A stretch of DNA of 64,000 nt from Octopus bimaculoides (lineage: Eukaryota): assembly GCF_001194135.2 (NCBI RefSeq), contig NC_068983.1, positions 134,246,462-134,310,461 of the forward strand, in the 5' to 3' direction. Below are positions 27,045-38,910 of the stretch, one piece after another. Made by a program: the position numbers and the translations under genes. The notes beneath the pieces are model-generated. The model ran no database searches. It saw only the letters and a list, made by a program, of their open reading frames with translations, and had not been told where the DNA came from. Every line of letters begins with the position of its first letter. Position 1 is the first letter of the stretch.

Positions 27045-27343
27045 AAAGCGATGAACCTGACAGAAACGTTAGCACGCTGGACGAAATACTTAGCGGTATT
27101 TCGTCTGCCGTTGCGTTCTGAGTTCAAATTCCGCCGAGGTCAACTTTGCCTTTCATCCTTTCGGGGTCGATAAATTAAGTACCAGTTACGCACTGGGGTC
27201 GATGTAATCGACTTAATCCCTTTGTCTGTCCTTGTTTGTCCCCTCTATGTTTAGCCCCTTGTGGGCAATAAAGAAATAAGAATCGTTAGCACGCCGGACA
27301 AAATGCTTAGCGGCATTTCGAGGCTGACTTTGCCTTTCATCCT
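27045..27343 (+). mobile_element. SINE family 1 full copy (27045-27282) followed directly by a partial, internally deleted copy (27280-27343)
   Basis: Head/core, then an alternative tail cttaatccctttgtctgtcc...gtgggcaataaagaaataag; a second head gaatcgttagcacgccgg runs into the N gap. Confidence 0.88.
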
Positions 27344-27989
27344 NNNNNNNNNNNNNNNNNNNNNNNNNNNNNNNNNNNNNNNNNNNNNNNNNNNNNNNNN
27401 NNNNNNNNNNNNNNNNNNNNNNNNNNNNNNNNNNNNNNNNNNNNNNNNNNNNNNNNNNNNNNNNNNNNNNNNNNNNNNNNNNNNNNNNNNNNNNNNNNNN
27501 NNNNNNNNNNNNNNNNNNNNNNNNNNNNNNNNNNNNNNNNNNNNNNNNNNNNNNNNNNNNNNNNNNNNNNNAGTCTATGTAAGAAAAAAAAGTTGATCTA
27601 TTATCTAATCTAATAGAACAACCTTCTATTGGGGCTGTAAGAGAAAAGGTAACAGGCGATAAATCATATTAGATATCACATTAGGTATGAATTGGAGCAA
27701 AATCATGAATATGGGGGGAAAACAATAGGTGCAATCATTTTTATATGTATTTCTATGTGACTTTAAATGTGTGGGGGTGTTTGTGTGTGCGCGTGTGTGT
27801 GCGTGTGTGTGTGTGCGTGCGTGCGTGCGTGCATGTGTGTGTGTGTGTGTGTAATCAGATATATTTCACGTGTGTCCGCCATTATTTTATCTGATACAAA
27901 GATGACATTTCAGTCAAACACTAAATCTTGTTTGCATACATACATATAGTCGAACAAATATAGGTCTACATAATAAAGATGATGATGAT

Positions 27990-28190
27990 GATGATGATTA
28001 ACTCTAGGCTAGTGCTAACTGAGCTGACTCATAATCAAAGGCATTCCAGCGTGAGCACCATACCTTTTGAGTGATATGTAGTACTATATTATCCAATATG
28101 TCCCTTCCTTATTCAAGGTGGTAGGGTTTCATTTGAGGATGATTTGACTGCTATTTCAAGCAAGATGAACGACCACGCACATATTTCATG
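27990..28190 (-). repeat. Interspersed repeat family 4 (SINE/LINE 3'-like); related copies near 3880-4020, 32210-32290, 40880-40980, 57390-57560 and 59640-59820
   Basis: Shared motifs (g)ctagaaatagcagccaaatctcc and aaaggcattccagc...atgagcaga...ttgttgtt in both orientations. Confidence 0.6.
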
Positions 28191-30042
28191 ATATAATGGC
28201 CTATGTTATATAATGTGTATGTGTGCTTTATTGCTTACCTACACATAAATAAATATTCACAAGATATGTATATTGGAATCTTTAATATAGATGGGGTATT
28301 TTGAGGGTCTCTATTATACTCTCTCTCTCTCTTTCCCTCTTCTCTGTACACACACGCACGCGCGCCAAGGAAATGGAATCTAATACATAATGCGGATTAT
28401 ATATATATTTATTTGCCTAGAAGCTACGGAAGTGAATTAAGAGTCCAGAGTTTCATGTCACAGGAATTGTAAAACAAATATTAAGTACTACTCATCTCAA
28501 ACACATTGATGAAAAACATTTTTTTGCATCCGAACTGAAGTGTAACTGCTCACAGACAGAAATAATATTGAAAATTTTCTTATGTACGTAATAGTTTGAA
28601 ATGTGGCACTTCTACTAACTTAATAAGAAATATTCAAAAATACATCCACTCTTTTTTTTTTTTTTCTAATTTTAGTTTAGAAAGTTTGATTCAGAAACAG
28701 ATCACTAGTTGACAAAAAGTTCCAAATTTCGATAAAATTCAAGAATTTCTTCAATCTTAATTGAAAAACACCGAACCCCCAAGAAAATATAGATCGTAAA
28801 ATAGTATGCATTTCATTAAAATTTTTAAAGCATTTGCTTCAATTTACGAGCAATATATATAGCTTTGTACGTATTATCTTCAAATAATGAATGTTTATTC
28901 CATACGTTTTCTTTTCCACTTATATTATTGATATAAGTCGTGTGGGTTTTACTTTCCAAATGTTCATCCACTAACCTTCAGAGACATTGTTGTTTGTTGG
29001 CATACTGCATAACCTAAAACGCTTAACAAATACAAACAGGATGTTATATTTTTAATTACATATCAATAAATTTTTAATAGAGTCTAGTGATATATGAGGA
29101 CGTATAACAAGGGAAAAGCAATTCAGTAAATGCACATTTGTTAGTTTAATTTAGATGGTATGTGTGGAACTTAAATAGACCATAGTAAAGTGTTAGTGTA
29201 TTAATATTTACAGAACGCTATAAGTGACCTCGTATTAACTAGTGGAAAATTTGTTATGTCAATGAATTGGAGTGCGAATGGATCCAGAGGTTAATAATTC
29301 TATCACCTTATCATTGCTGAACAATTCTCAGTTGTCATGATCTGTAGTTATGAGCAGATACTCACACTACAATAAGCATCATATATAGATAAAAGTTCAC
29401 TGCTGAGTATGTTGCATAATTAACGTTTCGATGGCTGGCAGAGGGAAGTATCAAGTCATCACACAGGTCTGTGCCAAAGCCCTCACACTGTCACATGTTC
29501 AACTAATGCTGCACAACCATGTCTCTTCCTCCTACTCCTCCTCTTTCTCCTTCTTTTTCTTCTATATCTTTTTTCTAAGAGGTAGTCGAAAACGTGTACT
29601 CAGCACTGGACGATCAGCTTTCTCCTCTGGTCCCTACCCATTGCAAGATCAACAGCTGCACCACATGGCAGAAATAACACAATATAACAAGCCGTTAATC
29701 AGGAATGATTCACATCTGAATTAAAATCCTCAATTAAGAAAAACTACCTACACTATATTAGTATGTTATCCATGAGGGGGCAAATATCTTATAACCAGCC
29801 AAATTGCTATGGAAGCTGGAGTTAAGCTGTCAATCCTATGAATCCCTCAGGTGTGGGGAAGTGATAAGCTTCAGGTACAATTTTATTCAATTCTTAATTT
29901 TTCTTTTTTTTTTCTTCAATCACCGTGCCCCTTATACCGCATTATACGTAACAATACTACAGATGTAAGTGAAGTGAAATTGGACCAAACTCGACTTCTT
30001 TGATTTGGTATGAAACAGGTGTGAATGCAACAACTCTACCCA

Positions 30043-30098
<56 letters not shown>

Positions 30099-30691
30099 CA
30101 TTCTTTTCTGCATTTATAAAAGGTGGTCTGAACAATAGCTCAGTGAGAGATGGGCTCGGCCTGACACACTTTATAGAAAAAAATGAATATATTTAGTGTT
30201 GTCCTATAATCCGTAGTATCGACGGAACATGCTTTTTCTAAAAAAGGAAAATTATCTTTTGCTCTTTTCTTAATTCATTTTATTTTTTTAATGCCTGTTG
30301 AATTAGACAGAGTTAGGCGGAGACAAGCGGAGACAAGCGGAGACGGGCGATCACAGTCGACGACAGGTGATGACAGGCAGTGGCAGATTCCTTTATTTAA
30401 CAAAAACAAACGATGACTTTTTTTCTTTTTGTCTTCTTCAGGAATAATTCTATAACAATTAGTGAAAGACAATCTCATTATATCTCATTGACTTCTGCAC
30501 TTACTGTCTTAGCATGTCAGGAGTGGTGTATATATATATATATATATATATATNNNNNNNNNNNNNNNNNNNNNNNNNNNNNNNNNNNNNNNNNNNNNNN
30601 NNNNNNNNNNNNNNNNNNNNNNNNNNNNNNNNNNNNNNNNNNNNNNNNNNNNNNNNNNNNNNNNNNNNNNNNNNNNNNNNNNNNNNNNNNN

Positions 30692-30748
<57 letters not shown>

Positions 30749-31565
30749 CATACATACAAATACACATACATTCATACATACATACTTGTCACCGACCTAC
30801 CTTTCTACTTGAGAAACAACTCAGACCGCTTTCTAATATCAAATGCACTATTAAAGATAACAGAAACAAAAGAACAGAAGGGCGAAATATATCCACTACC
30901 TAGATTCGAACCTCTTTGCTCTGAGTTCATATCCAGCCAGAAACCAATTTTGCTTTCTATCTCTCGTGTCTTCATAAAATAAGTCTCAATAATATAGTTT
31001 ACATAATACAGTTAAAAGCAAGTTGATAGAAACAGTGTAGTTACTGGACTGATCTTTCTTTGAGTTTTAAGTTAAGATCTTGCTAACGTTCACTTTGGAT
31101 GTCATCATTCCCATGTCTATACAATAACTATCGGTAATATACTAGTTTCGATTCACTCAACAAACATAGAAAGAAAACAATCCAGACCTCTTTTTATACC
31201 TGTGTCCCTCTTATAATTTGACCAAACTTAAACAAAAAAAATAAGTTGTTTTACAATAACGGCAATATAACTTCACTGATTAGTCAGTTAAACAATCATT
31301 TAACTTGTGATTCAATAAATGCAGTTAGAAAATATTTTAAAACACTTGTAATCATATAAATTAGTTAGTAAATACAGTTAATATGGCGTGTATATTTAAT
31401 AATAGTTAGGCAGTTGATAAGTAGTGTATGTTTAAATGCTAGTTAGTAATAGATATAATTTAATCAATAGACCTTAATAGTTTACAAGAGTTGTTAATTA
31501 GCTGGTTGGGTTTATTGGAGTAAATTGGGAATGCACTTCAGCTGTTACTTATTTGTTAAGTACTG

Positions 31566-31610
<45 letters not shown>

Positions 31611-32778
31611 CATACATAAATATATATATATTCACAATCATATGTACGTGTGTGTGCGTATGTGTATATATGTGTGTATAAAAAATATATGTGTGTGTAT
31701 ATATATATATATATATATACAGAGAGAAAGGCGGGAGGAATATAGTTTCTAAGCAGAAAGTTAGTATAGCTTGTTATAGTTAATTTTCAGCTACTATAGT
31801 TAGAGCAATAATGGCTGTTATTTGTTAAACGGTCTTGTTAGCAAGTTAGTTTTGTCGTTAAGCATTGTTATTTCCTAAGTTCATACGGACACACATACAG
31901 ACATGCATACATACATACATACATACATACATACATACATACATACATACATACATACATACATACATACATACATACTTTCTATCTTGAAATAGTGAGT
32001 ATAATTGCTTTGCATTTTGTTTCCTATCCTTTGCTCAAAAAGAGATGTGCTAACTCTACAAAGAAGTATGTTTAAACGAGCCGCTTTAATTTTTTGTAAG
32101 TTACTCAATATTTTGTTCTTAATAATAACCTTCATATTATCCACTGCCGCAGTTGTGTTAGTTCGCGCATGTCTCAGCCTTGTGGAATTGGTTTTATTGT
32201 TGCTACTGTTGTTGTTGTCCAAGTCGACTCTGAATGAGCAGAGCCGTATATGACCAAAAGGCATTCCAGCCATGATCGTCTCACTTTTGTTATTATATTC
32301 TTCAGTCACTGTGTACATTGGTTTACATTACGCAAGATGTTTTTTTTTCCCTGTTTAAGATAGTAAAGTGTGATTTCAATGAGACTAGGCTACTCTTTCT
32401 AGGAGCTCGAACGACTACATGGAGTTTGGTAGTGGTGGTGATGGACGAAAAATGTGAAAGAAGAAGCAAAAAGAAAAATAGAAGAGAATTAGAGACAAGG
32501 AGGGAAAGGGGAGTATAAGAGGGAGTGGAGGAAAAAAGGGGAGGGACGACGATGACAATAACGACGTCGATGATGATAATGATGATGATGATGATGATGA
32601 TGATGATGGTGATGATGATAATCATTGGTGGGTTGGCGGATTGGCATTTTACAATTTTAGTGGGTGGGCGTGGAGACGAGATCAAATATTGCATGCACGA
32701 ATACATAGAAAGAGACTCGGTTGTGCTGCTGACTTCAGTTAGATTGGGGGAAAGAGGAGTAAGTAAAAGAATTTTATA

Positions 32779-32832
32779 GTGATGAGAGATGGCAGAGTGA
32801 TGAGAGATGGCGGAGTGATGAGAGATGGCGGA
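32779..32832. repeat. 18-bp tandem repeat x3 (gtgatgagagatggcRga)
   Basis: Direct reading. Confidence 0.9.
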
Positions 32833-34251
32833 GGTAAAAGGCGGGTTGAATAGAGAGTGGTAGGAACGGAGGAACGGAGGGACGGAGTCTTTTAGGTTGT
32901 TAGTGAGTGAATGGCTGGGTGTTAATGATGGGGTATGAGAAGGAGTGAACATTAGTGAAGGAAAGGAAGAAAGGTGAAGGAAAGGAAGAAAGTAAACGAG
33001 AATGGGAGAGGAAGATGGAGAAGAAATGGGTTTAAAGAAAATGGGCGTGGTTTTCTGTTGATGGAAACCTATAACAGTTTGTCCTTGTTTATAGACTGCA
33101 TAGCATAGGCTGTCTATAGATGAGAAACGAATTCAATGACGCTAGGGATAGTCTCTGTCGGCACTATTCGAAAAGTGAGGACTCACCTCTCGTCACTGTA
33201 TACGAACTCAATATAGTTTTACAATATTGCCTTAGCGGAATCAGAAATCTAATTTAGCTTCAGTAAAAGCTTAATATACAAAAGAGAATATTAATATACA
33301 GGGTAGGGACTTCAGTATTTCAGCTTACAAATCCAGCATAAAGAATGCCTCACTATTGCTGTATATCATCAACTCGACCTCTGTATTGTTAAGAATTCTT
33401 CGTGGATGAGACAGTTGATTGATAGCTATGGGTGTAGTGTACACTTCCATCACAGGCAATTCACAATCAAAAGGTGAATTTGGATCCAGTCGTTAGACAA
33501 ACCGAGTCTATTGATGCTAGACATCGTTAGATGATCAGATTCACATTCCTGACTTCTAGATAAACTAACACAATAAAGAGTGAAATGTTGTGAGCAGAAC
33601 CACAACGAATTACCAACATCAGATTTTCACTCATGATCCATGAATCTGTTATCTTATCATAATATATCTAATCGGAATTTTACTCAATATTTGAGTATTA
33701 TCACATATAACTATTTCAGTTAATTCAAATACAAATAATTATTTTGGTTTCTGGTCTTAATCTTTCCAAATAATTTTAATCTTTCCTCAATATTATTTTA
33801 TACAAATTCCATTGAGAACCGCCGATTTATGACTTAGTAAATAATATGATGTTTGTTGAGGTTATTCGTTTGCGTTGTTTTCAAAAAAAGAAAATAGGTT
33901 AACATCCTCCTGTAACTATAACTCTAATTCGCAATAAATAGAAAATTAATCTAAAGCCATACCGAACATAGGAAATATATGGCAACATCCAATCTATGGG
34001 CTTGCCTCTTCAATGTTTTAACTAACCGGCCACTTTGACTACACGTATTAACCTTTAAAATATATGAAGGCAATAATCTTTCCCTTTATTTGTTATTAGG
34101 GCGGTAAGGACAACACACATTTTTTTTATATAGGACATTTTTGAGGATTAGAAACGTAGCATAATTAAACCGTGTGTATTATTGCCTGCATCTAATGCTG
34201 GGTCCAAAAAGTGTTGCCAGTATAATACTCAAAGCATTAGGACACATGGTA

Positions 34252-34320
34252 TATTCTTTTATTCTTTTACATGTTTCAGTCATTTGACTATGGCCATGCT
34301 GGAGCACCGCCTTTAGTCAT
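34252..34320 (-). mobile_element. SINE 3' tail fragment (type 4)
   Basis: cttttacatgtttcagtcatttgactatggccatgctggagcaccgcctttagtc. Confidence 0.7.
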
Positions 34321-34522
34321 TTGACAAAATATCAGTGCCCCGATGTATCTCGTTATCCATTCATATAACAGTTTTATTTATATTGATAAGCACACACAGT
34401 TTCATTTATACTTAGACATGATTTTCGTCTTATTTCATCTTCTGTAAACACACCAACACTTGTTGTCAAGTAGTGGTGAGGGATAATTAAAACGCAGACA
34501 GAAACGCGCGCGCGCACGCACG

Positions 34523-34555
<33 letters not shown>

Positions 34556-34560
34556 GGGAG

Positions 34561-34680
34561 AATATACGAAAAAACAACAGACGAGAACAGGTGGTGTAAA
34601 TAACAAAAGGATGTATTAGTATGACGCTCGGGAATACGGAAAGTCTTTGACGTTTCGAGCTACGCTCTTCAACAGAAAGA
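34561..34680 (-). mobile_element. Solo Penelope-like terminal repeat (pLTR) fragment with a minimal hammerhead-like motif at 34644-34680
   Basis: Minus strand UCUUU-CUGUUGA-A-GAGC(GUA)GCUC-GAAACGUC-AAAGA; aligns by eye with 26750-26860, downstream of the PLE ORF. Confidence 0.65.
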
Positions 34681-34730
34681 ATACGGAGACATGGAGAAAA
34701 ACACGGAGAAAAAATATATATAATATATAT

Positions 34731-34890
34731 ACAACGGGCTTCATTCAGTTTCCGTCTACCGAATTCACTCACAAGGTTTTGGTCGGACTGAGGCTATAGT
34801 AGAAGAGATATGCCCAAAGTATCATACAGTGAGATTGATCCCGGAATCATGTGGTTAGGAAGTAAACTTCTTATCACATAGCCACACGCA
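34731..34890 (-). mobile_element. tRNA-derived SINE, family 2
   Basis: Minus strand tgcgtgtggctatgtgataagaag...ccgggatcaatctcactg...ggtagacggaaactgaatgaagcccgttg followed by (TA)n; directly adjacent to the PLE pLTR fragment. Confidence 0.8.
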
Positions 34891-36054
34891 CACATGTCTA
34901 TATACATATACACGCGCGCGCGCGCGCGCGCACACACATATATATATATATACAGAGAGAGAGAGGGAAAGAAAGAAAGAGAGAGAGAGGGGGAAGAAGA
35001 CATGAGCAGTATATATTGGGACATTTTTAATTTGTGTTTCATAAACAGACTAATGAGGTTGAAAAAAGCTAATATCTAAAATCCAATAATGAATTCTTAG
35101 AGTAAATGAGGAACTAAACGAAAAGATACTGTAAAATATTACAAATAGCATTTATTAACATAAAACATATTAAATATATCTAATTGCCTAATATATATAT
35201 ATATACATATACATACATACATACATACATACATACATGCATATCTACATATATGTGCGTATATATCCAATTAAAATGATAAGACGTATGTGTGTGTGTG
35301 TGTTTGTGAGTGAGTGTGTGTGTGTGTAAGTGTGTGTGTGTGTAAGTGTGTGTGTGTGTATGTATCTGCCTATCTGTGTGTGAGTAGACAAACACACATC
35401 AACCTAGATAATGCAATCTTACTTCATCTAACTGGTTGTGCACCGCGACTCAACAGGTAATCCGTGCTATGACGTTATGTCCATACAGATTGATCAAACA
35501 GGAAGAATTAGCCACAAACAGACCACATAAAAAAAAAATGAAATATTTACAACTTCTCTCGTGGAACATCAAGATATTACAATGATCGTTCATAATATGT
35601 ATGCACTATACATATTAGTTGTAGACCTCACAAGTGTCTACATATATATACATATATAAAATATACAAGAATAAGGGCAGGGAATCGTCAATTAATAATA
35701 GAATTAATAATTAACAATTTTGCCAAGTAGTTCAGTATGAAAAAACCTTTATCGGTAAAACCATTTATCATCATAAATATACAGGGATTAGCATTGAGTT
35801 GCTTCTCCAACATACTGAAAATTTAGAAATAGCAGTCAAAGAACTACTGATTCTAAACTACAAATTTTTCTCTAAACGGATGGCGATATTTATGGCACAC
35901 CTAGAACAAAAAACCGGAGGGAAAAGCATAAACAAAACAAGTCTTTAGTTAATCGGATACGATCGTTTCATGGTTAAGAGAATGAAAATTTCTCTATTCC
36001 AAATCTTCAGTCCGATATTCTGATAAATTTGAAAGTGTCTATATATATATATAT

Positions 36055-36692
36055 GTAGGAATAATAAATCTCTGAGCGAGATGTAAACAGTAGCAGCACG
36101 ACATCGTGAAGTATATTTGCCACCTAAATGAAGCTAACCCATATGGGACGATGCTACTGTAGTTTATAGCCCCAGGAAAACATCTCGTTTAGCTGGCTAA
36201 CGACACACTGTCTGTGCCCGATCAGTATTTGCGAAGAGAAATCATTGAGAAGGGATGAGAAGTGATTCCGAACGCAAAATACTGTTTTTCCAGTGACAAA
36301 CCGTCGCTGATCTCGAAAAAAAGAGAAACGTCACGAAGTTGTGCTGCTACTGTTTACATCTCGCTCAGAGATTTATTATTGCTTGTTTCTCCTTTTTCGA
36401 GATCAGCGACGGTTTGTCACTGGAAAAACATAGTATTTTGCGTTCGGAATCACTTCTCCTCCCTAGCCGGTGATTGCCACACGCTGATGACGGGTGACTA
36501 CCCAGAAACCCGGGTCTGTGTGTATCACGTAAGGGTAGAGATGGAAATGATGATTTCCCTTCGCAAATGCTGATCGGACACAGTGTCTCGTTAGCTAGCT
36601 GGAGGAGATGTCTTCCTGGGGCTATAAACTTATAAACTCTAGTAACATCGTCCCATATGGGTCAGCCATATTTAGGTGGCAAACATACTTCA

Positions 36693-36696
<4 letters not shown>
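36055..36696. mobile_element. Non-coding fold-back element with three interleaved inverted-repeat pairs and a hammerhead ribozyme, inserted in a (TA)n tract
   Basis: A 36060-36109 / A' 36331-36380 (48/50 identical); B 36103-36245 / B' 36550-36696 (roughly 85% by eye); C 36251-36329 / C' 36385-36464 (near-perfect, small indels); flanked by (TA)n at 36040-36054 and 36695-36758. Mobility is inferred; there is a single copy in this window. Confidence 0.7.
36470..36528 (+). ncRNA. Type I hammerhead ribozyme (dimer-type stem III), predicted cleavage after C36516 (GUC)
   Basis: Stem I CACACG 36478-83 / UGUGUG 36517-22 plus distal GUGAU 36470-74 / AUCAC 36524-28; core CUGAUGA 36484-90; stem II GGGU-GACU-ACCC 36492-36503 with a C.A mismatch at its base; GAAA 36505-08; palindromic ACCCGGGU stem III; GUC triplet. 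Confidence 0.8.
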
Positions 36697-36760
<64 letters not shown>

Positions 36761-37861
36761 CCCAGGAACAGATAACAGAATAAGTATTCACCTTAAATAT
36801 AATCGAAAAAACATTGTTAACAAATAATGAAAAATATTCTCAGCGTGCTTTAGTGATGCAATATAAGGTCAAACACATACCACTATATCATGATCATAGA
36901 CAGATGTAAATGAACTTAGACAACAGACTAGATATGCAAGTGTATAACAATATGCAGTCGATACTATAATTTTATGTTTATGAGGATTAAACAAACTAAA
37001 AGAACGTACCTTAAATATGTCATTAAGAAAACGTAAAACATTTAACAACAATGACTTGATGAATAATCTAGCCGTTTCAGTGACGATTCATCTACTCGGC
37101 TGTTGTTGAACTCGTTTAACCACCTAATAGGCAGCAGTGGTTGACATAACACAAATGGTTGGTATAAAATTCGACTAAGAAAGTACAACTGAACGAAATA
37201 GTCACTAAATATGATACAAAAAATAAATAACTGACTTATAAAGGTGTATATATGTGCATATATATATGTGTGTGTGTGTGTGAGAATTGGCGTGCTTCAT
37301 TCATAAACATAAATCTTGAGAGCATGTGTGTGTGTTTGTGTGTGTGCGTGCGTGCGCGTGTGTGTGTGTGTGTGTGTGTGTGCGTGCGTGCGTGTGTGTG
37401 TGTGTGTTGAGTCAGATTTAACATGTTCGGGTGTATTCGAACCTGAGAAGACCTTCCACTGCAGAAAAAGTCCCAGGGGAGAAAATGCATGCGAATACAG
37501 CAAACCATTAAGACATTTTGTCTAACCCTCTAGTGATTCATTAAGGAGAATTGCTATAGGGTATAGACAGATAGATAGACAGACAGGCAGATAGACAGAC
37601 AGACAAACAGACAGATGTTGTCCACGAGAAAGCTGAGATTCGATGCCGCATGACATCTCTGTTATTACAGGAAAAATCAGATTGTAAAGAGCGAGAAAAA
37701 ATAATAATTTTGCTAATCCACCATGTTCTAAATAGAACTAATGATAAAGTTATATTTTAACATCAACAGAATTATTCTATCAATGGGAAACAAACATAAT
37801 ATAATATCACTACATGATATTAGATAAGATAAGATAAGATAAGAAGATACATGAATGTATG

Positions 37862-38910
37862 TATAGGGTGCATCAATTTTGTTGAGGTCATTTGTATAAA
37901 TTTAGAAACCTCATAACTCATAAAAGAAAAAATGGATTTGAAAACAAATTTGTGCAAATAATCTTGAGAATTCTTTTATCTATGTAATGATTCCAACGTT
38001 ATCATCAATGGCTACTTCAATGCAAGGTCGAAAGCGTTCACGTGCCCGAAACAGATGATCTTTATCGATTTTGGACATAGCGCTGGTTATGGCAGACTTG
38101 AGAGATTGTAGGGTGTTATGGACGTGTTGACTGAACTCTCTCTTGATTACGCCCCAAACGCATTAATGCAGTGGATTGAAGTCTGGTGAACATAGAGGAA
38201 ATGAGTCATGGAAATCGGCACGTATCCACTTCGGTTATTCTGATCTTATAAGACTGCGCAGAGTCATGTAAGAAGACTCACAGTCTATCTCTGTCTTTTC
38301 AGAGCCACACAACTTTCTCCAACACCTCCTGTGTAGACAGCAACATTAACTGTTAAGCCTGTGAAAAAAGGAGGAAGCATGACAGCTCCCTCGTTGCTGA
38401 CTCACAGAACCATCACAGTTGCTGGGAACTTAGTATGCATGGCTATTGGTACCTCATTTGGTTTGAACAATTCTTTCTTGCCACATCCGACATGAACTGA
38501 ACCTTCTGCATCAAATAAGACTTGTACCGGATGTCTTCATGCACAATTCATCTGATGGTGCATTCTGAAACCTTGAGGTCCTTTGCAATGGATCTGATTG
38601 ACTTACCGACGTTTTTCTCGATTTTCTTGGACTTATGTATTTTGATGGTATTAAGACCCTGTACATGCATCTTGCGTTTATCTGCTGATGTTGGATCACT
38701 GTCAGTAGCTTCCAATTACTTTCTAACTTTGACAACGAAGGATCGGGCTACCTTCAAGAAGCGAGGTATCTCTGTATTACTATGCTGCGCTTTCAAGGCA
38801 ACGATTGCAGCATTCATTTTCAATTGCTGAGTTAAGCTGACTTCTGATACTTTGATAAGCTTCGGATAGTACTGGCCCAGGCCATGTCTAACTTAGTAGC
38901 ACCACCTGGC
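37862..38910 (-). mobile_element. Decayed Tc1/mariner-superfamily DNA transposon with an internal deletion
   Basis: Minus strand: MNAAIVALK (from 38817), SIRSIAKDLKVSECTIR*IVHEDIRYKSY (HTH-like), HTKFPATVMV..VSNEG, FPLCSPDFNPLH*CVWG (WPPxSPDLNP motif, ~38152-38200), SLKSAI. TIR-like TA-TAGGGTG at 37862; the other TIR was not identified. Confidence 0.8.

Noticed and set aside
29431-29724. 97-aa ORF in unique-looking DNA as a possible upstream grh exon
   Set aside because: It runs through a pyrimidine low-complexity tract, with no recognisable motif or clear splice pair.
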